Shown in pieces: positions 39,327 through 52,264 of a stretch of DNA of 64,000 nucleotides. Under the pieces are notes generated by a model. The model saw only the letters and a program-made list of their open reading frames with translations. It was not told the DNA's origin and made no database searches. A program made the position numbers and the translations under genes. Position 1 is the first letter of the stretch. Each line of letters begins with the position of its first letter. Origin of the DNA: Eledone cirrhosa (lineage: Eukaryota); contig OZ024740.1 of the NCBI GenBank assembly GCA_964016885.1, forward strand, positions 238,824,001-238,888,000, given 5' to 3'.

Positions 39327-39710
39327 GTAGGAGTCACGACAAAAAGCACCCAGCACACACAGTAAAGTGGTTGTGTAGGAGTCATGACAAAAAGCACCCA
39401 GCCCACACTGTAAAGTGGTTGGGTAGGAATCACCACAAAAAGCACCCAGTACACACTGTAAAGTGGTCGTGTAGGAGTCACGACAAAAAGCACCCAGCAC
39501 ACACAGTAAAGTGGTTGTGTAGGAGTCATGACAAAAAGCACCCAACACACACTGTAAAGTGGTTGGGTAGGAATCACCACAAAAAGCACCCAGTATACAC
39601 TGTAAAGTGGTCGTGTAGGAGTCACGACAAAAAGCACCCAGCACACACAGTAAAGTGGTTGTGTGGGAGTCATGACAAAAAGCACCCAGTACACACTGTA
39701 AATGTGGTTG
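39327..39710 (+). repeat. 48-bp minisatellite, 8 units, within an RTE 3' UTR copy (copy extends to about 39862)
   Basis: Unit starts at 39327, 39375, 39423, 39471, 39519, 39567, 39615 and 39663. Confidence 0.95.
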
Positions 39711-40386
39711 GTGTTAGGAAGGGCATTCAGCTGTAGAAATCAAGCCAGAAACAGTTCTATATGAGCAAGACACGGTCACCTGACCCAACTTGCCTCAAAT
39801 GGGACAACCCATCTAATCCATGCTAACAAGGAAAGTGGACGTTAAACAATGATGATGATGATGAGTGCATACTGTGGTTAGAAGTACTAAATGTAACTAT
39901 AAAATGTTGTGAGATCACAGTGTTATAGTTGCAGAGTATGAGAATCAGTGTAGTGATATAAATGTAGGTAGGTAGATGATGATGAGGTGGTGGTGGTGAC
40001 AATGATGATGCATATTATGGGTGCAGCTTGATTAGAGGTAATATTCTATAATTAAGGAGTACTTCAGCAGTAATCTATGTATAGGGGTTACTTTCTAAAT
40101 GATATATAGTGAGACCTACTTGCTGCTGTTCTGTTAACTCAAGATTTATATTTTTTTTTACATAATTATTTAGTAATTTTGAATTATCCACAGGAAATGT
40201 AATAGCAGATGTTGAATTTAAAATATAATAGCATTGGTGAGTGGTTATAACAATGGTATACTGATGATGACAATAACTTTGGAGGAGATGGTGATGTCAG
40301 CAACATTGACCATCTGATAATGAGTTTAGATGATCAATATTGACAGTCTAATGAAGTGAAGAGAAGTCAAATAAAGAATAGCTTAC

Positions 40387-40434
40387 GATGTTTATAATGT
40401 ACACAACTATGGCATTTCCTATCTAATGGAAAAC
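40387..40434 (-). CDS. KLHDC10: KLHDC10 exon 8
   Basis: ttcag|...|gtaagc. GFPLDRKCHSCVHYKH, compare GFPAARRCHSCVQ. Confidence 0.9.
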
Positions 40435-41331
40435 CTGAAATAGAAAAGAAAATTAGAACAATGATTTCACAATTCCTTACTTTGTAGATCATGGCTGTGT
40501 TGAAGTTTAATTTCAAGTAAGGTTGGTGTAATTCAATAAATGAGCCATGATGGGGTGATTCAGTCTGCTAAGAATAGCATCCAAATCTTCTTCAAATTAC
40601 ACCCAGCAATATTAACTAAATAAAGATTGAACAATGAAATCAGGACTGATCTGAGGGTTTAAACAACAGAAATAATAACTATTAGGTTGATGTGCCATCA
40701 CTGAGATATACTATTGTATTTTGTTATTAACTGTTCTTCTGTTCAAGAAAGAACATAGTGAACTCCCAGTGCTTCAAAAGACAAATTAAAAGCTCAAACA
40801 CTAATTTCTAGTAGGCTCTCAATATAAAAAGTTGTGACCACTGTAAAGATGAAATAAATATGCCACAGATGAGATAAGTTCCAGCTGAGATGATTTCTTG
40901 GTCAGATGAATCAATGAAGGAGCTATTATGTGGTTAGTCAACCAGCTAATAATAGCAACCAAATTTACTAAAATCATTCTCTACTGCCTTAAAAAGGGAA
41001 GAACACAATGGACAATGAAGTTCCAGATACACAAAAAAGACTGAATAGTCATTAACCTGGGACCAGATAACAACAACAACCTCAGTTGAGATAAACCCCA
41101 GATGTGTCAAGTTTGCCACTCAGTTTCAGATACTTAATTATAGTCGTTTCATTTGACTAACAAAATCAAATCAATATTTCTCATTTCTGATTAATCCAAA
41201 ATTAAGTTATTTATATTTTAAATAAGCTGAATCTTGAATCAAGACTCTAGAGGTTTTCATTTTGCTAGAAAAAGGTCAATTGCAGTAGTATTTATAGGTT
41301 TATTTATGGTGAACCAAGTTTAGATACTGAC

Positions 41332-41398
41332 CATTCGTAACGTCTCTATAGCTTGTGATGTAAGACCAACAGAAGGTGTCAAAGTCTAAAACTGGAAT
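41332..41398 (-). CDS. KLHDC10: KLHDC10 exon 7
   Basis: ttcag|...|gtcagt. IPVLDFDTFCWSYITSYRDVTN(G); phases fit both neighbours. Confidence 0.82.
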
Positions 41399-43464
41399 CT
41401 GAAATAGATAAAAGATGGAAATCTTAACAATCATTTATGGTCCAATGATTTTTCCCACCTACTAAATCTATAAAAGTATAGAAGAGCTATGAGCCTAGTT
41501 CTCTCTCCACAGGCTAACTAATTAACAAAATAATAATAATAATGTAAAAACAAAACAATTATCTAGCTAACAATTAGACCGTAAAAACTAATTATGGTCT
41601 AATAGCTATCACATATAATTAACTGCCATTTAACCCTTTCATTACTAATATGTAGTGGGTGGGTACATTGAAAATCTAGAAGTGTAAATGGATTATTAAA
41701 TAATGTAGTAGCTATATTTAAAAATAAAGTGTGTATAGGGGAGCTACAGATGGAGAGTAGGTTGAGCTGCATCTTGAGAATGATGGGAAAACGTTTTGTT
41801 ACCTTGGATATATATTAAATGGAGAAGGTGGATCAGACTCTGCAACAGTATCTAGTGTGAGATGTGCATAGAGAAGTTCTGGGAACTGAGGGGTGTACAA
41901 ATGAGGAGGGGAGTGTCACTGGAATTGAAGTGCATGCTGCATATATGAGAAGTGCTATGATTTATGGGAGCAAGATATGACTGGTGAACATGGAGCAACT
42001 GGGAAGGATGGAGAAAACAGAAACGAGAATGGTCTGGTGGATGATGGGAATAGAATCAATGAAGAATGTTATGAAGAGAAATGGAATGAGATGGTTGGGT
42101 CATGTGTTGAGGAAAGATGAAAGTAACTGAGTGAGAAACATAGAGCTGGTGATGAATGTTGTGAAGAGAAACAGACTGACATGGTTAAGTCATGTGTTGA
42201 GGTAGGATTAAAGTGACTGGGTGAGAGGAGTGATGGAAATGAATGTGGAGGGAAGTAGAGGAAAGGGAAGACCAAGAAAGACATGACTAAAGAAGATGGA
42301 AGAAGAAATAAAAGCCAGAAATAAAAGTTGGTAAGTGGGAATGTAGATGACAGGGAACAATGAAACTTGACATGGGGTTTGCAAGGTTAAGCCATGCTTT
42401 AGCAGGGAAAATGACCTTAAAATGCTTGTTGTTGTTGGTAACCTTTCTGTTACCAAATCATTTTGAAAATAATCAAGAATTTGGAGAAATTTAGTGAACT
42501 AGAAAATAAGTTCCGATTATGGAAACAGAATTTGGAATGAAAAGGTCTGAGAGTAAACTTAGCCAAAACTAAAGTGCTAGTGCGTACGAAAAAAGATAGG
42601 ACCCTGATTTTTTCAGGGAAGTGGTCCTGCTCAATATGTAGAAAAGGAGTAGGCATAAACCCCATACAATATACACAATGTAACTCTTGGATACACAAAA
42701 GATGTAGTGGGATAATGAGTAGACTAACAGGAAAGGAGGACTTTAGTACTTGACTGGGTGAAATGCAAAGGTGGCTTCAGCAGGATTTCAACTCAAAATG
42801 CTGAGACTGGAACAAATAGAGTAAGGTCATTCTATCTAACTTTAATGCCTTTATCAATTCCCTACCTTACTTTGTATTATTTATATATTAGGTGTTGAAT
42901 GTTTGACTTTATCTTACTAGCCAACCTTTACATGTGTGTATATATCTATATGTATGCACTTTACTGGTCGAATTCTATATTGGTGGGAATTCCAAATTTT
43001 TAATTCACCCAAATGTTTTTTCTCAAACAACAGTCTTCCTCTATTTTCTAGAGTTCATGTGTCGTGATAGCGTTGGACAGCTAGATATGTTATCAGAGCA
43101 ATACATGCTTGTATGCACACATTAATGACCTATGTATTGAATTAGCCATTAACCTGCTGAGGACATGCAATTGCCCAATTGTGCAATATCTGCTGATAAT
43201 ATGCAATTTTCTGTACACTGCAGTTTTAATAACTGCTGTTGGGCAGAATATTGCACAGAAACGGAATCCATCCAGGAGCTAGATATATAACATATCTTTA
43301 CCTAAACACAGCCACTGCACTTACTACTTAACTATTATGTATGCACTGAGAACATCAAGATGCAGTTTCAAAACTGCAGCCTTATTGATTCATTGAATGA
43401 GTATGTCATGGCTGGAGATCACTGAAATAAAATCAGTGAGTTTCTTAAACCAAATCTACATATA

Positions 43465-44602
43465 ACGTATTTTTCAGAATATAAGACATGCTTTTTTTTT
43501 CCAAAGTTTGACCCTCAAAATCACTGTGTGTTTTATAAGGCGAAGGTCAGATTTGAGGTAATTACTGTATGTAAAAATGTTATTAAAAAGTAGGAAATAT
43601 TTAGACTTTTGTGTGGAACCAATTTCGTGCACATACGGCTGAGAATACAGTAAGGAGGGAAAAGAACTTAAACACTGAAATAGCTGTCATACCTGTTGGA
43701 CTGCCGTCTCAATTACAACCCCTTGATGTTTCACTAAACAAGCCTTTTAAGGCAGACATGAGAGAGAAATGGGATAATTGGACCAAGGACCCGCAACATG
43801 AACTGACGCCTACATTTTCCCAGGTAACCCAGTGGGTGGAAAAACTTGTGGGGTGCTGTGAAAACTGAGACAGTTATAAAAGCTTTAAAAAAATGTAGCA
43901 TCAGCAATGCCCTAGATGGCACTGAAGATGATTTTCTGTATAATGATCATCATCATCATCATTCTTCGACTACTGTCGAGATGATGGATCTCACTCTCAT
44001 GCCCCAGAATTCCCTGTCCCCTATCGCTGCCCCCAGGTCCTGTCTACTGATTCCCGTATCCCTAGAGATCATTATGATCAGAAACAGGACCCGGGAAAGC
44101 AGGGGATGGACCCACATCAACAGGTATACCATATAGTGTGGTTCCCTGAGGAACAGGAACCCTGGTGCAGTTAGTTGCGAAATCCATCATATTTTCAAAT
44201 ATAGCTAATAATGTGTGTGGGCGCCACTACTACACACATGTGAAAGAATTTGACAGCCAAGTCCTGAAGAAGGTGCTTTCTCCTCCATGTGGTGGGTTAC
44301 CCGGCGCCAGATACCAACCTGGCAATTATACCCTCGCCCTAATTGTTCGTGTTGCAAGTGATTCTGAAAACAGTGATTGCAAGTGATTCTGAAAACAGTG
44401 ATGACTCTGAGGTATGTGAGGAAGATGCTGAATCTCAGGAGCTAGGTGAGGGAGACAGCCAAGAAATCAATGAGGATGACAGTAGTCATGATTTTATAAG
44501 ATTTTAAAGCGATTGAAATTTTAATAGCATTAATAGTTAATTCTATTTTTCATGGATATTCATGTTAAATTTAGAGGGTGTCCTATATTCTGAAAAATAC
44601 GG
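43465..44602 (+). mobile_element. Internally deleted pogo/Tigger-family DNA transposon
   Basis: TIRs ACGTATTTTTCAGAATATAAGACA / TGTCCTATATTCTGAAAAATACGG; DDE_1 remnants IPVGLPSQLQPLDVSLNKPFK and KKCSISNALDGTEDD. Confidence 0.85.
43946..44358 (-). mobile_element. 5'-truncated copy of the non-coding retroelement at 60126-60878, nested in the pogo element
   Basis: About 385 bp near-identical to 60142-60527; (GAT)n tail. Confidence 0.85.
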
Positions 44603-44732
44603 TGTATATATATATATATATGAAAAATACGGTATATATATATATGTAAAAGGTAAACAGAAATAACAAAACAATTGGTACAGTATATGGAAAGAATATA
44701 TTAGGTTAATGCTTGAAATAGCAGGAAGAGGG

Positions 44733-44768
44733 TCTTAACGTTTCGGACGCTAGTCCTTCATCAGAAGA
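44733..44768 (-). ncRNA. Minimal Penelope-type hammerhead ribozyme motif
   Basis: Minus strand TCTT-CTGATGA-AGGAC(TAGC)GTCC-GAAA-CG-TT-AAGA. Confidence 0.75.
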
Positions 44769-44934
44769 AAGAATGAGAAATGATAAAGATTGAAGGGATG
44801 GGCGGGGTGGAATTGGAAAAAAAATGTTTTTAGAGAAAAATAACAGGTACATTTATGTTGCCATCTCTTGGAATATATATATATATTAGCCTAAATAAAC
44901 AGTGGAAAGAAAATCAAATTAAATGTATCCATAC

Positions 44935-45019
44935 CTTAATAAGATCAAAAACAACAGTACTAGTACCACCTCCAAAAATATATAATTTTCTGTCCTCAAA
45001 CACTGTCTCATGCCGATAC
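44935..45019 (-). CDS. KLHDC10: KLHDC10 exon 6
   Basis: tgcag|...|gtatg. (R)YRHETVFEDRKLYIFGGGTSTVVFDLIK, compare RYRHE...IYILGGGTS. Confidence 0.92.
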
Positions 45020-46054
45020 CTGCAATATAAACACAAGATTTTCAAAGAAAAAAAAAAAACAGAAAATTTTGTTTGAAAATTTTGTTTAAACCACTCTTGA
45101 GTCAGTTTTAATTCTCCTATTTCTCCACAGGATAAATGAATCTCATCAAAAATAGTAGAATAAATAGGATCCAGTTACTATTTCAGGGTTCAGAGGTAAA
45201 ATAGTTCCCGTCAGCAACATTATCAATGAAACAGAATTGTGGGGCAGCAAGGTCTGGTAAACAGTATGAAACAAGTTGTTGCCTGGTTTATTATCATCAC
45301 CTAATGACATCCAATTCTTTGCAAGTATAAAGTGGGGTCATGCTGTGTGTTTCCTGGTTTTTAGAATAAGTACACCATATCATTGCATATCGTAAGAGGC
45401 AACAAAAAGAGTTAGCATTCCATCCAACCCATGCCAGCATGGAAAACTGAACATAAAAACAATGATGATAATGATGTGTCTAGTCTGAGCATAACTTCCT
45501 CCCTTCCTCCAACCATGAAAAGGGTCATGGGTGGTGCACTTGCTCCTCTGATTCAAATCAGGCATTGATACTGAAGTGGCTGATATTCAGCTTGAATGCC
45601 TGTATATTGATGTTTGTGGGAAGGGGTTTCAAAGGCTTCAGAGATAAAGGATCAGACAACATTGTTTAGTATAGGGTTATGTGAATAAGATATTGTATAT
45701 ATGATGAGGTCCTGTTGTCACTTAATGCAAATACATATAACTTTAAAAACAATTACTTCAATAAAATAAAACCCATTCTACTTAGAACAGGAAAGATGAA
45801 TGTAAATGGGTAACAAGTCAGTGGGCTTGCAACTAGGCACCTGGAGAGGCAAGTCTATACTTGACATGTCTGTGGGTTGCTGGATTGACAGTCATATTAA
45901 GATAATTTATGCCAGACCTTCAGGATGATAGGAAATTAAACACAATTATGAATAGGGTGGCCAGTCTCATCCAGAAATGGACTGAAAGAAAGATATCACT
46001 GAGCAGTTGGATAGAGGTGGCAAACGCATATATCACTTCCATTATTTACTATTA

Positions 46055-46241
46055 CAGGGCGGTGGATTGGCAGTATCGGTAGAGGGTCGGACGCCATGCT
46101 TTGCAGCAAAGAGTTACGGCCCTTTATGATCTGAGTTCAAATCCCGCTGAGGTTAACTTTGCCTTTCATCCTTATGGGGTCGATAAAATAAAGTACCAGT
46201 AATGTACTGGGTAATTGCTGGCCTTGTGCCAAAAGTAGAAA
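46055..46241 (+). mobile_element. Full-length Meta-like tRNA SINE with 16-bp TSD
   Basis: A box TGGCAGTATCGG, B box GAGTTCAAATCC; TSD CCATTATTTACTATTA at 46039-46054 and 46242-46257. Confidence 0.88.
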
Positions 46242-47428
46242 CCATTATTTACTATTATTTAATCATTGTGCTTTGTCCATTTTCATCTGACTTTCCAGTT
46301 CTAAGTAGAATGGGTTTTATTTTATTGAAGTAATTGTTTTTAAAGTTATATGTATTTGCATTAAGTGACAACAGGACCTCATCATATCTAAAACATCTCA
46401 TTCACATAATCCTATACTAAACAACATTGTCCAATCCTTTATCGCTTGAACTGAAGCCTTTGAAACCCCTTCACCACTGACTAAAGTGGAGAGTTTGCTC
46501 TTGTGCATTTGTGGAAGGGATACATTCCACTTATCAGAAGTTCCCTCTACAGCCAACACTCTGTGCAAAGATATCGGTATATTGTGGTTGATGATGCACA
46601 GGCATGTGGTGAGTCTGTGACTTCTAGAGACACCTTGACAGTGAGCAGCTCTGGTTGTGATTTGCGAGATTTACTTTTCTACTGCTCATGTCTTTGATGG
46701 AACTGCTGTTGTGGGTCAAGCAAAGACCAACACTGAACTGGTGTTTTTAGTGAATGAGTTTGTATAGTAGACAAGACTGAGACAGACAGTTTCCTCTTTG
46801 ACCAAGTCCTCATCAACAAGTTTTACTTGGTGAGGAAAGAGATAATAAATAAGGAGGTGTTTCCATCCAGTAAATTCATTAAAAGATTGGTGAGAGTGGC
46901 AAATATAGTTTGAGTAAATGGCCCTATTCTCAAAATGCATCTGTAGACTAAAACACACAGCTGGGATAGGGAACTTGCTCTTGGTAATGAGAGTAATCCT
47001 ATAACTGTAGGATTCCATGAATGGCTATAAGTGGTTGTCACCATATTAGGACATCTCATTTTATTCCTTTTGCATACTGATGTTTTATATATCTGTTTGG
47101 TTTTTTTTTCATAATTAATTCTATATAATCCCTCATTATATTTGTAATTTTTTCCTTGTAATGTTCTCTTACACACTGCCCTAGCAAATGGCAATAAAAT
47201 TCTTCTTTTTATTATTGTTGCTGTAGTAATTACTGTCAACACTGAAAATGTTATGAAAAGATGACAGAAATCAGTACATACTAATTAAAGTGAAGCTAGC
47301 AACAGGCTGATAGTCTGGTTGGTATCACAGAACCAGAAAACAATTGTCTGATCAATCTAGTAATAGTATAACTGTCCAGTCAAACCAACATACATTTATA
47401 CAAATTGTGTTGTAGATCAATATCTCAC

Positions 47429-47565
47429 CTTGGCTCTGGTGGGTTTTTACATTCAATATATTCCCAAGATTTTGTCAAAAGTTCAAGACGATAAAGATCC
47501 AGCATGTAAACTGCACCTTTTGTACCTCCACAGATGTATATGTATTCATCAACCAGATGCATAGT
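47429..47565 (-). CDS. KLHDC10: KLHDC10 exon 5
   Basis: tccag|...|gtgag. TMHLVDEYIYICGGTKGAVYMLDLYRLELLTKSWEYIECKNPPEP(R). Confidence 0.92.
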
Positions 47566-48271
47566 CTGGAAAATATTATACTCAATTATATGATACAATA
47601 AATGACCCTTGTGTAATCTGTAACAAAAAGAGGTTAGTAGCAGGAAGGGCATTCAGCCATAGAAAACCTGTCAAACAATGGATTGGAAGGACTCTTCAGT
47701 TGTGTCAAAGACATGACAACCTGCCTAGTGCTGGTGTCATGATAAATTGCTCTTAGTAGAATGTGGGAATGTATCTTAGTGAGATGCAAGCTCCCAGCCC
47801 ATCTGAGGGGGTCAGTAGCTCAGTTGAGTACCAATTCAGTCTATTGACAACCAGCGCAACCTTTGCTAGTAGATAAAGCAGATGTTAAATGGTGATGATA
47901 TAACAGAGCTACACAACATATAAAAACAGAAAAACAAAATGCAAGATACACACTTGTCACCAAGATAATGATGTCCGATACTTTCTTTCCATCAGATTTC
48001 AGAAAGGTTAAAGGGAAATCCCAAACTCAAAAATCTCAGAGCTTGACAATATCATAAACACACAACATTCTGGGCCAGAAGAAATTGTTTCATTCAACAT
48101 ATTCTACTACAAACAGCAACACCACTGGGTAAAATTATAACACTTCTAAAATCTAACAGAAACCCATCTTTTTATGTATATCCTCAAAAACGTTAGTAAG
48201 ACTTGTTCTTGATATTACAAATCCATACATTTCCCTTTCCAACTCATGATATGGATTGAGACCACTATATA

Positions 48272-48451
48272 ATTGTTTCTACTTTAGGCACAAGGCCAGC
48301 AATTACCCAGTGCATTACTGGTACTTTATTTTATCGACCCCGTAAGGATGAAAGGCAAAGTCAACCTCGGCGGGATTTGAACTCAGATCGTAAAGGGACG
48401 TAACTATGCTGGAAAGCATGGAGTCCGACTCTCTACCGATACTGCCAATCT
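48272..48451 (-). mobile_element. Meta-like tRNA SINE
   Basis: Same consensus as 46055-46241. Confidence 0.85.
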
Positions 48452-49589
48452 ATAACCTTCAATACATAGAGTGTAAAGGTTCTTTTGATTAGATGGAAAT
48501 TGAAAAAATAACGCTTTCATTCATGATTTGTAGATGCACCAGGATAGACTTGCTCCCATCCTCTCTCTCCTTCCCCATTGGCAAGCAGCATGTAGCTACC
48601 ATCGTCTTCCCTCTCAGGCAATTGAAGAAATCTATTTTACGTGTACCCCTAGTACTTACTACCCCTGTGCATTCACTGCACACAGTGTATTTTTTCTGTC
48701 AACCTGCATTGATGCTATTTTTTACATCAATCCTACTACATCTGTACATCCACAGAATTTCTGCCAACCCCTCTTTGATATATTGAACAAGGACACTTTT
48801 CTGATGGTATTAGGTTTCCATCCACCTTCCCACCAAAGAAGACGTTAGTTTTTTTCTCCAAGCTTACTTACATATATATATATATATATATACGTGAGAA
48901 CTGGAGACATGCTGTACTGGAGAAGACTCGCTTTCCTAAGAAACTACTCTCACCATCACCTCCTCAAATTCTACCCTATCTTCACCTTGCCAAACTCCAT
49001 CAGACCAGTCTTACACCCATGACATACTTTCTCATCATTTTTTCCCCTCCACATCACTTGAATCCCACACTCCTTGATTATTTTCAAACATATTTGAAAA
49101 TTATAGGCAGTGTCTTTCATTAGAAATATAATGAAAAGGTTAAATACAACCAACCAAAATATTGACATATTCTCGTCTCTTACTAAAATAATAACATTAT
49201 GGAAATGACAAGCCAAGAAAACAAATTCAACAAATATGTGAGCAAAAGCAGTCCTACATTGATTCAGTTATTAAATAGGAAATTACCATTTTAATTTCCT
49301 TGTTGCTTAGCAAGGATACAGAAAACATTATATAGTGTAAATCTTTAAAGCACTAGTGAATAATATAAAATCCTTACTGCTTCATCCGGCTCAGATGCAT
49401 TATGGTATACTTTAGAAGATTGCTAGCAGTCAGTCATTTGCAATAAACAGCCACATTTACACTTTGAATACTGAAGTTGAACATTTTAGCTAAATAAAAC
49501 AATGTTATTCTAGGCAACTGTTTCTTGTAACAACAGTAACAAACTACAAAAATACATAATGAGACAATGAAATTATATATAAGACTTAC

Positions 49590-49762
49590 ATGCCCATATC
49601 TCTTTGAAGGGAAATTTGCAGCATCACCATTTAATGCATTGCAGGGGATACGTCGCCATTCTTGCTTGAGAAGATCAAGTTGATAAATATCATTGCTACT
49701 GTTCACGCCAAATGGTAGGCCTGATCCACCAAACACAATTATGTTGTTTCCCCGGAGACACA
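49590..49762 (-). CDS. KLHDC10: KLHDC10 exon 4
   Basis: taag|...|gtaagt. MCLRGNNIIVFGGSGLPFGVNSSNDIY...PSKRYGH, compare GNNLLVFGGTGIPFGESNGND. Confidence 0.93.
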
Positions 49763-50206
49763 CTTAAATGAGAGCAAATGATCATTGCTTAGGGATGTAG
49801 TTAGTAAAAAGTTTCATTTAATATAAGTAGATTAAATCATACAATTCATAGATTTATATCCACTAGAGCACTATAAGAATGGTTGAACATTTTTAGCCAA
49901 TAAAATATCATGATTAAACCTAAAATGCTAGAGATCAGTTGTTGTTTAGTCCCAGATTAATCAAGCAGGTTTATGGTCAAAGGCACTCCCGTCAGGATCA
50001 TCCCATCTTAGTGTAGACATTGTCCAATGTATCCTTTCTTTTTTATGAGTTATTTGAGGGAGATTTGGTTGCTATTTCTAGCAGGTTGAGCAACCACACA
50101 GAGAGGGGTCAGTTACATTTCTCTAGTGTTTCTAGTTAAAAAAATTGCAGAAAACAAAGACTAGTGTTTCACAAATAATTGATGGAAAGGTTGTTGTTAG
50201 ACTTAC

Positions 50207-50291
50207 TTGAATGAGAAGCAACTTGTTCTGGTGCAGGGCCTGCAGTTTTTAACTTAGTCCACAAATTTGTTGATATGTTGAAAGACCAAAC
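50207..50291 (-). CDS. KLHDC10: KLHDC10 exon 3
   Basis: catag|...|gtaagt. VWSFNISTNLWTKLKTAGPAPEQVASHS. Confidence 0.9.
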
Positions 50292-50860
50292 CTATGAAGA
50301 TAAAAAAAGTAATTTAGATAAAATTGTTTAAGGAATTTATCATTGGTGCTATTTTATTATCAAGGTGGTGAATGAGCAGAGTTGTGAGAATGTCAAATAG
50401 AATACTTTGCAGTATTTGTCCTAGCTCTCTAAGCTCTGTGTTAAAAAAAACCTTATCCTTTTGAAGTAAAAAAAAAAGTACAGATCTAGTGTGTAGATTC
50501 TTCTTCAATATCTCTTTCTCACTTCCTTTTTATTACTCTCTCTCTCTCTTTCTCTGGAAGAAATTGGTTGTGTTCAGAATTGGAGACAGAATGGGCTCCG
50601 CCAGGTTTTAAAAATGCTCAAGACATGCTGTATGTCACTACAGTGCCCCTATAACTCCATCAAGAGTTATGGATTCATATATATATATATGAACTCTGTA
50701 TTATGAACACCTTTCAGCACAGAGACATCCATAAATATACATAGTATAAGGGGAATCAGGGACTGAGATCAATAATTGATTTTGTTATCGTTTCTGGGAT
50801 GTTAATGTTAAGAGAGAAGCTGAGCTGTCAACTGATATATATCATCATCATCATCATCAT

Positions 50861-51197
50861 GAAAGTGCATGGCTTAGTGGTTAGAGCGTCGTGCTTACAA
50901 TAGTGAGGTTGTGAGTTCGATTCTCAGACCGAGCTTTGAGTTGTGTTCTTGAGCAAGTCACTTTATTTCACGTTGTTCCAGGTTACTCAGCTGTAGAAAT
51001 GAGTTGCGACATCACTGGTGCCAAGCTGTATTGGCCTTTGCCTTCCCCTTGGACAACATCGGTGGCGTGGAGAAGGGAGACTTGGTATGCATGGGCGTCT
51101 TCTACAAACAACCTTGCCCAGACTTGTGCTTCAGAGGGGGACTTTCTAGGTGCAAATCCCATGGTCATTCATGACCGAAGGGGGTCTTTACCCTTTT
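50861..51197 (+). mobile_element. tRNA-derived CORE-like SINE with a different 3' half
   Basis: TGGCTTAGTGG A box, GAGTTCGATTC B box, CTTGAGCAAGTCACTT. The head is shared with 718-1056; the tail is unrelated. Confidence 0.8.
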
Positions 51198-52148
51198 ATA
51201 TCATCATTTCTGTTTAACGTCAATTTTTCCATGCTTGCATGGGTTAGATGGGTCGTCCACACCAGGAGGCAAGTCTGGCCAGGGTTGGCCTTGCTCTAGC
51301 GAGGACTGTAAATTTAACTGGGTATTTTATAGCCAAATTTACAGTCCTTGCTGAATTAAGGTACGACACATGGCCAACCCTGGCCAGATTTGCCTTTCTG
51401 GCATGAACGACCGACCTAACCTATGCAAGCATGGACAAATTGACGTTAAACGGAAATGATGATGATGATGAAGATGATATATATATATATATATATACAC
51501 TTCATTTGAATACTTCTATTTGAATCGACTGAGATTTGATTTTTAATGTATATTGAAGATTTCTTTAATTAGCAGTAGCAATAACAGTATGGTTCATAAG
51601 TGGTGTATATGATGGCAAGCATATCCAGCCAATGTTTCATATGCTAAAAAGCATATAAGCTTTAGCTTATTCTTTTCTCAGTACAGAGTGAGTAAATGTC
51701 CTCGATGTAATGATAATGAAAAAAACCAGAAACACATGTCTAGCATTCTCACCAGCTATTGCAATAGCTATGATATGACCAGTGCTTAAAATATTCATAT
51801 CTAGTTTCTTGTATATAAATATATTGTATATACCTTCATATATATACCTCTATTATATTGAGGATCCCTCTATATATTAAAAAAAAGACAATAATATCAA
51901 TAATATTATACAATCTGTTACATGGTGTTTTGATTTAATATTTATAAAAAAGATAATTAAGATAGCAAAATAAAGTAACACCTTTAAAAATCTATCTGCC
52001 TCATTTGTGTAAAACATGTCAGTCTTTTTAGAAGATACATGTTTTGAGAAACATAAAAAGACCAAGTCATAATACTCTCACTCAGTTCACATAAACATTT
52101 CATTAAATGTTCAATTAAACCATAAAAGACGAGGATAAATCCATTTAC

Positions 52149-52264
52149 CTCATTAAACAACTCTGAATATGCTGGATTAAATCCACCAATAACAAAAATG
52201 TGATTATCTGTAGCAATAATTCGATGTCCACTTCGTTCAATTGGTAAATATGTTGTTTCATTGC
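52149..52264 (-). CDS. KLHDC10: KLHDC10 exon 2
   Basis: tttag|...|gtaaa. NETTYLPIERSGHRIIATDNHIFVIGGFNPAYSELFNE, compare KLHDC10 RSGHR...VFGGYNP...LFRE. Confidence 0.92.

Noticed and set aside
39327-39710. CRISPR-like array
   Set aside because: Contiguous 48-bp units with no unique spacers, eukaryotic context, no cas genes.
50865-50930. tRNA gene
   Set aside because: A and B boxes run into a SINE body and no acceptor stem is evident; the same applies at 990-1056 and 46055-46150.
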